Assembly (NCBI RefSeq): GCF_002105155.1
Contig: NW_019028988.1
Span: 744,001 to 808,000, forward strand
Length of the DNA stretch: 64,000 bases
Source: Lobosporangium transversale
Lineage: Eukaryota
Direction: 5' to 3'
The translations under genes were made by a program, and so were the position numbers. Shown here piece after piece: positions 50,501-63,435 of the stretch (the first letter of the stretch is position 1; each line of letters begins with the position of its first letter). The notes beneath the pieces were generated by a model. The model saw nothing but the letters and a program-made list of their open reading frames with translations. It was not told the origin of the DNA and made no database searches.

Positions 50501-52134
50501 GTAACAGAGGAGTTTTATGATATTGTTTCAGATGCCTCAGGCAGAATGGCTGATGAAGGCCTTCGTGTTTTGGGTTTGGCATATAAAAAGATCAAAGTCA
50601 ATGGTGGTTGGGATGTTGGAACAGCTGAAAATTATGGAGATGGATTAGATAACATCAACAAAAGCAAGGACCAAAAAGAAGCAGCACCGCCTACGCATTT
50701 GCCTACAGATGTGGACCGAATGACAGCAGCTAACGTTGCGGCACAAGGCGATGATGATGATGAGGAAGAGATTCCACTTGGCTATGCGGAGAATGATCTT
50801 GTATTTTTGGGACTGATTGGTTTAATTGACCCTGCTCGTGCTGGAGTCAAAGATAGTGTACGGATCTGTAAGGAGGCCGGAATCACTGTTGTTATGATTA
50901 CTGGAGATCACATCAAGACTGCAAGTGCCATTGCCAAGGAACTTGGTATTCTTGAAGAAGGTGGACGTGCTATTAAGGGTGAGGAATTGGATCTGTTGTC
51001 AGAACAGGCTATTGCTGAGTTGAAGCCATTCCCCAATGTTTTTGCTCGTGTGTCACCAGATAATAAGCTCAAGCTGGTTACTGCTCTCCAGAGTCGTGGG
51101 GAATCAGTGGCTATGACAGGAGATGGTGTCAATGGTAAATTCTCCATATTTATTTTACGCTACTTCAAACATCGATGCCATTTATTCCCGCCTCTCTTAC
51201 TGACATTTGGAATTTATGCTTTTTTGTTTGCTAAATGAACCATTAGATGCTCCTGCCATCAAGGCTGCTAATGTAGGAGTAGCAATGGGTATTGCCGGAA
51301 CAGATATTACCAAGCAAGCAGCGGATATTGTACTTGCAAACGACAATTTTAACACTATTGTTGAGGCCGTTGAGGAAGGTCGTCAAGTATTTGAAAACAT
51401 TCTTAAGTTTATTGTTTACCTTCTGAGCTGCAACTGTGCCGAGATTTTCCTGTTCCTTCTCTGCGCAGCCATCAACCAAGACCCACCATTTGGTGTTACT
51501 ATGATTCTTTGGGCCAACATTATCGGTATGTTCAATGTCGTCTGCATCGTCATCAATTCTCTCAATCTCCGTTATTGGCTGATTTACATCTAATGCCAAT
51601 GATTTATGTTATTTATACCCTATAAATATAGCTGATGTACCCCCTGCTATGGCGTTGGGAATCGAACCTGCAGAGCCAGGCCTTATGAATCGTCAACCAC
51701 GCTCACCAAATCGTGGTATCCTGACTTGGACATCTATATCTGTGATTTTATTCCAGTCACTCTCGCTGATGCTGCTTACGTTTGGTGTGTACATGTGGGC
51801 GGATCGGTCGTCAGAAAATTTGGCCTATGCTCGTTCAGAGGCCTTTACATTTCTGACAACATTGCAGTTACTCCAGGGGTTCTTGTCTAGAACTATGCGG
51901 ACATCACTCTTCAAGGTGAACTTTTTTGGAAATAAGTGGATGATCATAGGCGTAACGATCAGTTTCGTCTTGATGATTATCGGCATTTACGTCCCATGGT
52001 TCAACATAGAAGTGTTGGAGCTTGTACCTGTGGGTGGCATTACTTGGGCTAAAGTCGCTGTTGGATGCGTTATCTTGATTGTATTGAGCGAGCTTGAAAA
52101 AATGGTTTTGCGCCTTGGAGGATGGACCATTTAA
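47553..52134 (+). CDS. P-type II cation-transporting ATPase (SERCA/bacterial type IIA-like) with a long N-terminal extension; multi-exon
   Basis: Core motifs are TGES, IPEGL, CSDKTGTLT, GDPTE, KGAPE, MITGDH and GDGVN|DAPA. M5 reads LSCNCAE and M6 reads ILWANIIADVPPAMALG. Confidence 0.93.
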
Positions 52135-52556
52135 TTTTATTCCCCTCTCTGCCTTTAATTCAGTGTAAATAGGAGCTTCACCACTCTGCTTCAGATTAAT
52201 TAATATGCACCATGATTGTAATACAAATAATACAGATATTTCAATAAAATTTACATTTTAATACTTAGTCTACCACCATAATTTCTTCCTCTTCCTTTTC
52301 AATTTCTTCTTCGATTAACCAGTTCCTGAACCAGCAGATGCTGTTGTCAGATACATCATCAAAGACCAGCATTGAGAGCCCAAAAGGTATTCATGTCTTC
52401 AAAAAGTCACCCTGTAATTTTTAGTTTGCATGTAATTTAATATACAATAAGCTAAAATCAGACCAAGGGTATAGAGAATACATGAAATAAATAATAATAA
52501 CAATAGTAAGAGGAAGATTCGTGTAAAAGAAAAGACAGAGCATGAAAGCTAAGCAA

Positions 52557-55500
52557 CTACAACAGATTCTCATGAACGACCAGACGAGCCAACTCTGCTT
52601 CTAGGTCATCCTCCATTCTAACATGTCTCTGAAGATATTGAGGACCTTGATGATCTTGGCTTTCAAGTAGATGACCTTGAGTTTGATCAAGTAAGTCCTG
52701 GTGTTCTCCCTGTGGTGTCCTCTCCATCTGCAACAAAAGTTGCTCTTGGAGTTGAATTGACTGCTCCAGACATTCAACGTAGATCTGATACTTGACCATC
52801 TCCTTGAGTAGATATCGGGATCGTCGTTCCCAATTATTGAAGGCCTTCGTGAAGTTGGCTGTCTTTGGTAGGAACTAAATGAATTAATCGTTTAAAGAGA
52901 ACATTATGTTAGAAATCATATATTAAAAACTTATTTCTCTATTCAGGTCTAATGCGATTTCTGGAAAGGAGAAAAAACTTACCAAACGGGACATAGGAAT
53001 ACGATATTCCTGATGCTCCTCCATCTCAGCTTCTAGTCCTGCAACATACTTCTGCAATACCTGCATCTGTTCCTCCTCGCTGAGTGTGCTCACGGACATG
53101 GTTGGCATTGGAGCAGCCCAATCAAACAGCACCACGCTGTCTCCTAATGAGGAATTGGTTCCATTAGTTCCCATACTGATTCCTGACATGGTAATTCCAG
53201 AACCTGAAGAAATAGATCCACGGGTTCCTGACCGAATAGAGGCACTTCGACTCCGACCACTCGAACCAGGACCGGTAGAGCTTGGAGGACCATTTAAATA
53301 GCTCATACTTCGCCCAGCTTCGAAATCGATATCGCTAAGATTGTTGCTGCTTAAAGATCCTTTACTCATCGGTACAGGGCTCTGAGATAGTTCCTCCTCC
53401 CTGGCTTGAGCATCCAACACTCTACCCCAGCCATACTCCATATTGACCACACCCCCAACCAACGGTTCCTTACTCGTCCTGGCAGCCCAATAATTGCATG
53501 TTCTCGCCCACGCCTCACACTCTGCAGGCGATTTCGTCTGGAAAAGATAAACAGCTCCAGTATGGAGCTGAACTGCAAAGACGTGTCGCCTCGATGTAGA
53601 GTACCCAGGAGGCGGAAGGATATTGGTGATGGTGTGCTGCAACGGAATTTCATCAAAGAGTGGTACATCAGCGTCATAATCCAGAGATTGCTGGTGATGT
53701 CCATGTGATGGTGGAGGTGGCTTCGGTAAGCTACCATCGGAGCGGAACATCGAGAGCGTCCCTTGATCCGGATCGACAACCACAAGCAATTGGCGCCAGG
53801 CTCGATGCTGGGCCTTTTTATCCGTGCGTTCCAGCAGATGCTTTCGCCAAAGTATACCCTCTATTCGGTACCTGCTCTGGATATGTTGTTCATGCAGCAG
53901 CCTCTTTGGATCTAGTACTTGATCTTGCGACTGTTCTCGCAATCTTTTGCAGCCATCTTCTTGGCCTGTGAAGAGCATGCTTGTGGTCTGAGAATGGAGC
54001 GAAGTCAGGCTATTCTGAGATGCCGAGGACGCAGTCAGAGACATGGAGGTCGAAGTGTTCGTTTGTGAGGTCAGGGTAGATAGTAGACTGCTAGAACTAT
54101 GTTGACTCTGGTTTTCTCCTGTACGTTTGTTGGAGTCAAGGTCCCTACTGAGACTACACCCTGTCAAGTCAGGAACCATCAATGAGCTCATCATACTAAA
54201 ACGGGAAATTGAATTTGACGGAGTTGAAGATGGAATTGAAGCAAGGAGATGATCGTTTTCTACAGAAGCATGTGCCTGAGCGTTTAAACGCTGCAATGCA
54301 TCATTCCTCAGTTGCCTCGTTCGAGCATTGATAGAGCTTCGTCTACCAGAGATCCCTACACCAAACCCACTACTCAAGTCTTGCGATTGTTGCAGCAAGC
54401 CGGATGATGAAGATGAAAAAATAAGTCGACTCATTCGATTGGTTGAAAAAACAGATGATCCACCTCCTGTGGTAGTTGGCGAGATTGGCGGTGAAGAAAT
54501 GGTAATGTTTGATTTCGACCCAGAAGATGCCATAGCTGTTGACGATGTTGGCAAAAGGATTTGATTCTGTTTCACAGAGTTGTAAATATCTTTTAACAGA
54601 CTTTCCAACTCCTGAAACCACCATTTACCATTCCCGTATCCCCCATTGGCCTTTGCATCTGTTCCCATCTTGCTATTGCTAGGATTCTGTTGATGGCCAC
54701 CGAAGACTTGAGCGAACCCACTTTGGTGACTTTGTCCGCTCTTCCAGCTCTTAACACTTGGTGTCTTTTTCTTCGGACCCGGATATAGAGTGCCATCAGA
54801 ACCTGACTCTCCTGTTGCAGATCGAGGCAGTCCCAAGCTAGGGGCACTGGCCGACAGAGTACTGCTAGTGTCTTCTGCTCGACCCAGGGATTGTTGAGAC
54901 TGCAGCTGAATAGTTTGCAGTGTGTTTTTTATGAAGGCAGAACGCGTCATCTTAGTTGACTGTTGAACAATATGCAAGTCTGTATTTAACAACAAGACAG
55001 AATAGATAATCGCGTGAACCACGTCTTTAGCATTGTCAGCACCGCCAAGTAATGACCTGGGATTGCAAACGACATATCGCTGTGCGAATGCCTCCAAAAT
55101 ACGGTCGACTTCTTGGGTTTCAGCCTTGAGGATAAGTTTATGACACAAATTTCGGAAAGCAACATCGAGCCGTTGGTCCGTAAAATCAAAGTGATCCATG
55201 TAATGAGCAAGCACAAGTTGGTGAAAGGGTTTGTGTTTTCCGAGGTACTCTGCGATTTCGTCGCGCTTTAAAAATGTCTCATCTTCTTCATAGCATCTCG
55301 CAGCGTAAGCAAACGCCTGCGCCACTGCCGCCTCTCGTTGACTCTCAGTAGACATATCGGGTGTAATGAATGCGGATAGATCCGAAGAGGGTGCAATCTT
55401 GTTGGCATCTTCCGAACCCAAGCATATCGTCATAGGACGCATCCCCCTCGCTCCCCCAGGTATGCGTAGTGACGTTGATGAAGATGAAGCTGTATCAGCG

Positions 55501-57207
55501 ACAGAAAGGTTAGTTGGAGTCGCATCAACATCTACATCCGCATTATGATCGACCTCCTGCTCTGTAGAACGATATATCTTTATATCGACCAAATTTTTAT
55601 CGTCCGTATCTAACACACTATTCGAACCAAAGGGCATAAACATGGATACAGGTCTTCGTGGTGCTGGATTGTCATCCTTCAAAAACCCTGACGAAGGCCC
55701 AGGTGCCGATGATCCTAATGGTAGCAACGGCGCTAAATGTAAACTCCCAAGGCTGTATTGCGAAAAGCGGATTGAGTTGTGTGGAGAGAATCCTAAACTA
55801 TATCCAAGTGCGTCTTGTGCTAGTGAAGCCCGTCGAGATGCCATCTCAAGTGCCTCAAGGTCTGATAAGTTGGATTTGGTCGAGTAATAGAGCGAAGTCT
55901 GAGACTGGTTCAGATGCATCGACCCTGATTCATAGAGTTTCGAGAGCCTATTTGAGATACTAATCGGCATATCTTCATCTTCTTCTTCATCTTCTTCTTC
56001 ATCTTCTTCTTCATCTTCTTCTTCATCTTCGTGCTCATGTTCTGCACCCACATTGTTGTTCGTTGCTCTAAGCCATGATTCTACCGTAGCATTTTGATCT
56101 GCACGATGTAGATGATCATGTGAAGCAGCGAAGGATGAGAAATCCTCTGTTAAATCTTGGCCCATTAGTGGTGACAAAGGAGGTGGAGTATCCAAGGGTC
56201 CAATACGGCCATCAGTATATGAAGATGTAGAGAAAGGAGGCAGTTCAGGCACGGCTGTTGATCGAGATCCAAAAGGCGAAATGGGTGATGAGGCATTGTT
56301 GGGTGAAGGAACGGTAGGTGTAGGCGGTGCATCTCTGTCATCAAAATTCTAGATTGGAGGAAAAGATTGAATAGATTCCAAGTAAATCAGTAATAAGTAT
56401 CCGTAAAATGTGCTAATTTAACGCGTATACATGAATACATAATGCTTTGAGTGGTATAGTGTTGTAATATTACCCTAACAAGCTTTCTTAAAAAGTTACT
56501 ACTGCTTTTCTTGACTATTCTGGTAAAGCTTCCAGCAGTACCCTATTACAATGGATGTATCGGAGAATGTAATATGCAAGCCAGATATTTAAGTTAGTAC
56601 GGCACGCTAGTTTGCTCCTTTGTTGCAGAATGGAACAAAAAAAGAAATAATGCTCTCATATCAAGTTCCAAAAGGCAATTCTCCTAGTGCCTGTGAGGCG
56701 CCAAATTCAGCTCTTTTCCTTTTCATAGTTTGATAAGCTATAAAAAAGTCACAAATAACTTCCCTCTACTAAATCTACATTCTATTTTACCTTAATTCCA
56801 CCTATGCTCTCGCTCCGCTTTCTACGATGTTGAAATGAAGGACCAGAACCATCCACGCTTGCGCTAGAGTCTTCTCCTGATCCCTGTGTCTTGATTAATG
56901 TTGCAGATGCGGATACAGCAGTAATGGAGGAGGTCGAATACTCATTCGTGTTGGGTCTGTTCATATTTCCGAGGTTGGGAGTGCTGGCTGCAGACTTACT
57001 ACCGCCCCAAAACCCGAATGAATTGCGATTGATACTCGTTGGTGTGGTAGGTTTAAGTGATCGAGAAGAGGATGGCGAATCTAATCCGTCACACCTTGTT
57101 TTATCTGATGATAGTGGACCGTCAAACTTAGTGGAAGTGAATAGCGTGGATTGCCTCCTACGATGTGGTGCTAAAAAGAATTTAGTTCGCAAAGCAATCC
57201 CAATCAA
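52557..57207 (-). CDS. Sec7 + PH domain ARF guanine-nucleotide exchange factor (EFA6/PSD, YEL1/SYT1-like); 5' end uncertain
   Basis: The Sec7 domain reads FDFTDQRLDVAFRNLC..L.LKAETQEVDRILEAFAQRY and SVLLLNTDLH. The PH domain reads EGILWRKH...RAWR, PGYSTSRRHVF and WARTCNYWAARTSKEPL. The C-terminal coiled coil contains NWERRSRYLLKEMVKYQIY. Confidence 0.92.
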
Positions 57208-57337
57208 GAAGTTAGTTTACGTGATATGTCAATGAATGAACGTATAACATGGTCATGAAACATATCGAATTTGCAATTGTAAAAACGAATGACCAAGGAG
57301 GGATTGTAGCATGATAGGAAACAGTAAGGGATAGAGG

Positions 57338-57374
<37 letters not shown>

Positions 57375-59117
57375 AAGGGTCGAGGAATCGCAGGAGAAGG
57401 GAGATAGAGTGCATCATATACGACAAGTTAATGTGGAAAGCAACTGAAAAAGAGGGCTATAGAATCAGATCCCTTGATTACTACCCACGGGATCTTCAAA
57501 CACAAGGCTGTATGTACTAAATGATTGATAAGTAAATGTAGCACAGTGTTCTTCATCATTTTGAGTTAAAAAAGAACGATATGGACGGTGGAATAGGTAA
57601 AAAATCAAGTGTGATTGGGAGTGGATGGCCCCAATGGCAAACAGTAATAGCAGAAGTTTGCAGAGCCATCCACATCCTTGTCTTTTCTACAGTAGCAGAT
57701 GGTGATATTCTATCACTGTTATTGATCCCATATCCTTGTTTGAGTGCCATTCCGATGGCTTTTTTTAATGTTCCAGCAAAGGTCTGTTCAAAAGAAACGA
57801 ACAAGACAGATGTTACTCACGATAAGTATCCATATGGTTCATGAATATACAATGTCGAGTGTGTGTCGAATGAACCGGAGAAGTGGATGGAGATGATAGA
57901 GGGATTAGAAGACAATGTAAAAGAGAGAAGAGAGAGTGAGAGAGAGCGTGGGTGTATGAGATTGAGTGAATGAAGAAACGATAATGTGAGGGTGAGAGAG
58001 CAATTGAGAGGAAGAAAGAATAAGGATAGTATAGTGCAAGATGCGAGCCACAAGGGTTGTGGATGTGAGAGATTATGAGAGTAAGAGGGGTGGAGGGATG
58101 TTTTTTTTTGTTTTAAAAATAAAGTGTTGAGAGAATGCGAGAGCGTGCTCTTTCTGCCATGTGACAAAGAGAGTGAATTGAAATTAGTATTAATGAGAGA
58201 AAGTGAGAGAAAAAAAATAAAATAAAATAAAATAAAATAAAATAAAATAAAGTGATGTCTTCGAAATGACAGACATATAATGCTGGTGAATGCTGGTGAA
58301 GTGGACGGTAAGAATGTCGGGGTGATGCTGGCAACATTAAAGTCATTGTCATCAAAAAAAGTAAGGAACCAATCAAGCACATGTTCCTAAATAGGCAAGC
58401 CAAACCTCCGTGTGACGTTTTTATTTCCCTTGGATCCATAAAAACATCCTACGGAAGACTCTCCGCCTGTTCCAAATATTTAAATTTGAACAAAGGACCT
58501 TTACAGCCTTCAACCACCCATCTTCAACGACGTCTTGGAAACGTAATGTTTGTGGAACAAAAAAAAATGCGCGTCAAAGAAACATGGACAGGACCGAACT
58601 GATTCTTTTTACAATCAAAGTTAATACATAGAAACAAGGTCTATATTTATACATTTGTTCACGTAATAAGAAAACAACAAACATTCATGGGAAACCATTT
58701 TCCCCCTTTTTTTATTACCCAGAGCTCATTGACCTTCCTATTGTCCCACATTTTCGCTTTATCTGTTAAATTGAGAATCTTGTGGTACACGTGGGATTGC
58801 CATATGCAATGTGTATTGAATTAGACAGGCGCTTTGAAAGTCATGGCGATAGATTAGTAGTTAAGATGTGCTTCTAACGTGAGATTTTTAATGACCACAA
58901 CAGCAAGAAACGAATGGAATTTTTTTGCTTCTGTTTATTGAACATAGTAAGCCAAAATCCAGCCTTCTGATGAAGCTAACTTCATCAAGACAAAATGAAA
59001 CCGCTACAACTCAAGGATATTGATACAGCTCTCGCTACTCAAGACTAAGTGCACAACGTTCTAGAAGATGATAAAAAAATAAAAATAAAAAAAAAAAAAG
59101 AATATGTTTGTCAGGAG

Positions 59118-59206
59118 CAGTTTGACGACCGTTTTATTTTTTTGTCGTAGACTGTGTCTGAATTTGCACCCCTAAATTTTTCTGGACCCACTTTTTTTTA
59201 CAGATC
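59118..59206 (+). repeat. Isolated copy of the motif found 3' of the Fanzor-like gene, preceded by a hairpin
   Basis: 59163-59206 aligns with the reverse complement of 15650-15693. The stem CAGTTTGACGAC/GTCGTAGACTG is at 59118-59154. Confidence 0.5.
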
Positions 59207-59244
59207 TGATCCTCACTTCGTCATTCCTCTCAACTCTGCTCTAC

Positions 59245-59276
59245 TCCATTCCACTCCACTCCACTCCACTCCACTC
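59245..59276. repeat. (CTCCA)n pentanucleotide microsatellite
   Basis: Read directly. Confidence 0.85.
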
Positions 59277-59776
59277 TAATCAGCCTCATTGATCCTTTGT
59301 TCCAATGTCTTTTATAAGAGGTAAAAAGCGCGGTACTCATTTAGACGTTTTCACAGCGGAACAAGTGCTAAAGAAAAACGCGTCTAGAGTCATCGCGTTA
59401 ACAACTCCCTTTTTGGTGTGTGTCCCAAGACATGGGGTTGAAAGGGGGGCAAAGCATCTCTCCTCTCTATTGCAATTGATTCACAGATCTCTATTCATTG
59501 TATACAGTTCATCAAGAAAAGCAAAAAAAAAAAAATAACCTATTACAAAATATGACGCAGCGTTGCCTATCAGGAATTGAAATAAAACAAAGCTTTCCTA
59601 CGGCAGAGAGAAAGGGAATTGGAAATACTTATTATAACAAGGCTCCTTTCGCCGTCTTTTTTTATCCTTTATGATGGCGTACAGGTGTTAAAAAATGGTT
59701 TTTGGTGTCAATATGATATGAAATGACAAAGTGACATTGACATTTGATCGATCCAACCAACATTTTAGCCGCTCAA

Positions 59777-61654
59777 ATGGCACGTGTTGCCGCTCCAAGA
59801 ATGGTGGTACGGCCCCGTGCTCTGATCTCTCCACGTTTCAATTCGACCAGCACTGGCGCCACGATGGCTACGGCTGCCGCCAAGAATGCTATACCCAACC
59901 CTGCACCTGCACCACAACCGAAGAAGCGCTGGTCCCGTTTACGTGCGTTGAAGCGTATCATCCAGCTTGGAGCTGTCGGTGCTGTCGGATATGCATCTTA
60001 TGGTAAAGCTGATTACCAATTGTCTTTTTTTTTTTAATGAGAAATTCAAGAACCTGATCTTCCTCAAAATGAGTATTTTTTTGGTATTTAATTTTATTTT
60101 TTATTCAATATATAGTTGTTTATCAAAACCGTCATCCTACGGAGCAGAAGCAATTCGATCCTTCAAAACGCACAATTGTTCTCTTGGGCACTGGATGGGG
60201 AGCCGTATCATTTTTGAAGAAACTCAATACAGATGATTTCAACGTGGTATGTAGGAATGGCTGGATAAGGATTTTGTGCTTACCCAAAGAAAGTCATTTT
60301 AACTCACCAAAATGATCACACTCTTGTTTCTCTTCTCTCGTAGATAATTGTTTCTCCTCGTAACTATTTCTTGTTCACACCCTTGTTGCCCAGCTGTACG
60401 GTCGGAACCATTGAGCTTCGCTCCATCATGGAACCTATACGCTTCATCACTCGCCATAAGAGTCGCAATGTCAAGTTCTATGAGAGTGAATGTACCGACA
60501 TTGATCCGGAGAGCAAAACCATTAGTATTACAGGTAAAAACTAAATTTATTTATAGATTTACACTATTCATTTTGGCATCAAGAAAATGATATATCTTTT
60601 TATTTTTCTTCATATCTTTCATCTGCGCTTAGATGTCTCTGATATCAAAGGAGCTGTTAGCAACACCACCATTCCTTATGATTACCTCGTTGTAGCCATT
60701 GGCGCCGACAATCAGACATTTGGCATGGCGGGTGTTCGGGAACATGCATGCTTTTTGAAGGAGATTTGGGACGCTCAAAAGATCCGTACCCGTCTTATGG
60801 ATTGTGTTGAATCGGCGGGATTCGCTTCTCAGACGCCAGAGGAGGTCAGTCGTTTGCTTCATATGGTCGTTGTTGGAGGAGGTCCCACTGGGGTTGAATA
60901 TGCAGCTGAGCTGCATGATTTCTTGAAGGATGATCTTCAGATCTGGTACCCTGAACTGGTAGATAAGCTCAGAATTACGCTTGTGGAGGCTCTACCGAAT
61001 GTCTTACCCATGTTCTCGTCCCAATTGATCCAATACACTGAACGAACATTTAAACAGAACAATATTGAAGTCCTGACAAAGACTATGGTCAAAGAAGTGG
61101 CTGACAAAGAGATCAAGGTCATGGATGCCAACAAAAACATGGTCTCAATTCCTTATGGTTTATTGGTTTGGGCAACAGGTAATTGCCCTCGACCCTTGGC
61201 TCGCAAATTGATGGCACGTCTCAAGGAGGGCGGTCAGTCATCACCTCGTGGATTGCTCATTGATGAGTACATGCGCGTGGCTGGAGCACAGGACATGTAT
61301 GCCATTGGAGACTGTACATTCACAAAGTATGCACCTACTGCTCAAGTGGCGACACAACAGGGACTTTACTTGGCTTCTGTCTTTGCAAATTTGGCTAGGA
61401 TAGAACGGGGTGAGAATAGAAAGATCTCCCCGTTCGAGTACACTCATCAAGGATCCTTGGCATACATTGGATCCGACCGAGCCATTGCAGACTTACCCTT
61501 CTTAAATGGCAATGTCTCCGTCGGAGGTGTGGCAACTTATGTCTTCTGGCGCTCTGTTTACATCTCCAACATGTTCAGCTTCAGGAATCGATTCTTAGTC
61601 GTTGGCGATTGGGTAAAGTCCAGGATCTTTGGACGTGATGTCTCTCGAGAGTAG
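59777..61654 (+). CDS. Type II (alternative) mitochondrial NADH:quinone oxidoreductase, NDE1-like; multi-exon
   Basis: Motifs are [52 protein letters not shown]...[22 protein letters not shown] and a C-terminal FGRDVSRE. The N-terminus is presequence-like. Confidence 0.93.
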
Positions 61655-61777
61655 ATAATTTAGGGAGGGAGAAAAAGAAAAAGATCCATAAGCGTTATAA
61701 AGAGTCTGTTTTTATTCGTAATGGTGACATAGTAGTACAAAATATTTTTGCAATATTAACATTAATATGAATGTGTG

Positions 61778-63435
61778 CTATGCCTCGTCTTCAACATCCT
61801 CTGCACGAGAGGTCATGCCACTGAATAATGAGAAACCTTGCTTCCGCTTTGCAGCCATTTCGGCTTCAATCTTCTCAGTTTCTTCTCGAATTTCCTTCAG
61901 TTGAGGATCCTCATGATCCAAACCAATGACGACTAAATCCGGAAAATTAAGCTCAAACACCCGCTTCAACCTGGGCAGATCCTCCTTCTTGGGTGCATAT
62001 GTTCCCGAATTATTGTCGATCATCAATGTCCAGTCGTCATGATGGGACTCATCCCTGAACAATCGGAACTCGCCCGCATAAATGACCTCAGTTGCACGAT
62101 TAGCATGCATTGCGTGTTTGGACATGAAATCCTGAAAGAAGGCTGCTCCAGTTTCTGAAAAGTATAGTCCCTTGGGGATAAGACTATATGTGAATACCAC
62201 CATCTTTAAATCCTGTTCCGGATTGTTCTTCAACCGATCACCATGTAATAGTTTGCCTAGGTCAGCTGCCGTTGCCGGCTCACCATAGATAGTATTATGG
62301 CCATGACGATACAGATAAGAATGTTGAGAATGAATGGCGTTGCGGATGTTTAAGCTTTCATAAGTGTCTGCAAAAATCCGTTTAGAGTTTTCATATTTGA
62401 CATTCCAATGCTGACGGTCTGATCCAAAGACATCAATCAAGTGGTATAGGCGGATACGGTATGCATAAAACTCGTACTTGTTCTCCCAAATTAAGACACC
62501 GGCAGCATAGCTTGTATGACGTGAGTAACGGGCTGGACCTCTGGTTGAAGGCTTGGTCAATGCTGCAGATTCGCCTGCACTTCTGTATCCTTTCGTCTAT
62601 ACACACGCACAAGAAAGAAACAAAATCAGCCAATCACATCATTGCTACAATCAGGCACTGTCATGTTATGAAACAGACCATGCCTTAAGATTACGTTGTA
62701 TTCGAAAAAACAAAAAAAAAAAAAAATTATCTGGCGCACATTCATTAATGTATGAATGATAAAAAACACATACTTGAACCAACACATGACCCCTTTGCTT
62801 TCCATCCGGTTTTGTGATTTCTAGAACATGTTCCAAAGTGCCATCGAGTTTGGATCCGAGTTCAAGGAAAGCTTTTCCCAACGGTGTGTCCTCTTTCATT
62901 TTGTCTTTATCCATAATATTCATTTCGAGTACAGTTCCTTCTGGAACATTCAAAAGGCTCCACTTGGCATTCCAGACGGGGTTCAACGTGCTCCAATGCA
63001 CTCCAGTACTATTATAGAAGATGTAATGAAAATGAAAAGGTAATGAGAACAAATAAAGAAAAAAAAAAAAAAAAAAAAAGTAGCAGAAGAGAAAAAATAT
63101 TATTACATATAAGCCAATGTTGCTGGATCTGTTGGAGGGCCAAGATAGGCTTCTAGATAAGGGTCTGAGGTGAGGATATCTCCTACGGGAACATCCTGAT
63201 AATATAAAACAAAGAGAAATCAGCTTTCCTGCTTGAAGAGAGAGAAAAGAGAGAATATACTTTAATAGGGTAATAACTTTACTTCGGCACCCTTGAAAAG
63301 GATTTCATAGTCCCAATTCTTGCTAGTGACGACATTTTTGCTGCTTTCTTGAGATAATGATGCATCTTTAACTGCATACTTCTCCCTATAATGGTGAATT
63401 AGTGAAGAGAACTTGTTGTGAAGTGAGGACAGCAT
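61778..63435 (-). CDS. C2-domain protein with a conserved C-terminal domain of unknown function; multi-exon
   Basis: C2 motifs are DVPVGDILTSDPYLEA, STLNPVWNAKW and MDKDKMKEDTPLG. The C-terminal region reads FSETGAAFFQDFMSKHAMHAN...YAGEF...IDNNSGTYAP. Confidence 0.8.

Noticed and set aside
55972..56030. (TCT/TCA)n repeat
   Set aside because: It is a coding poly-Glu/Asp tract of the Sec7 protein, not an independent element.
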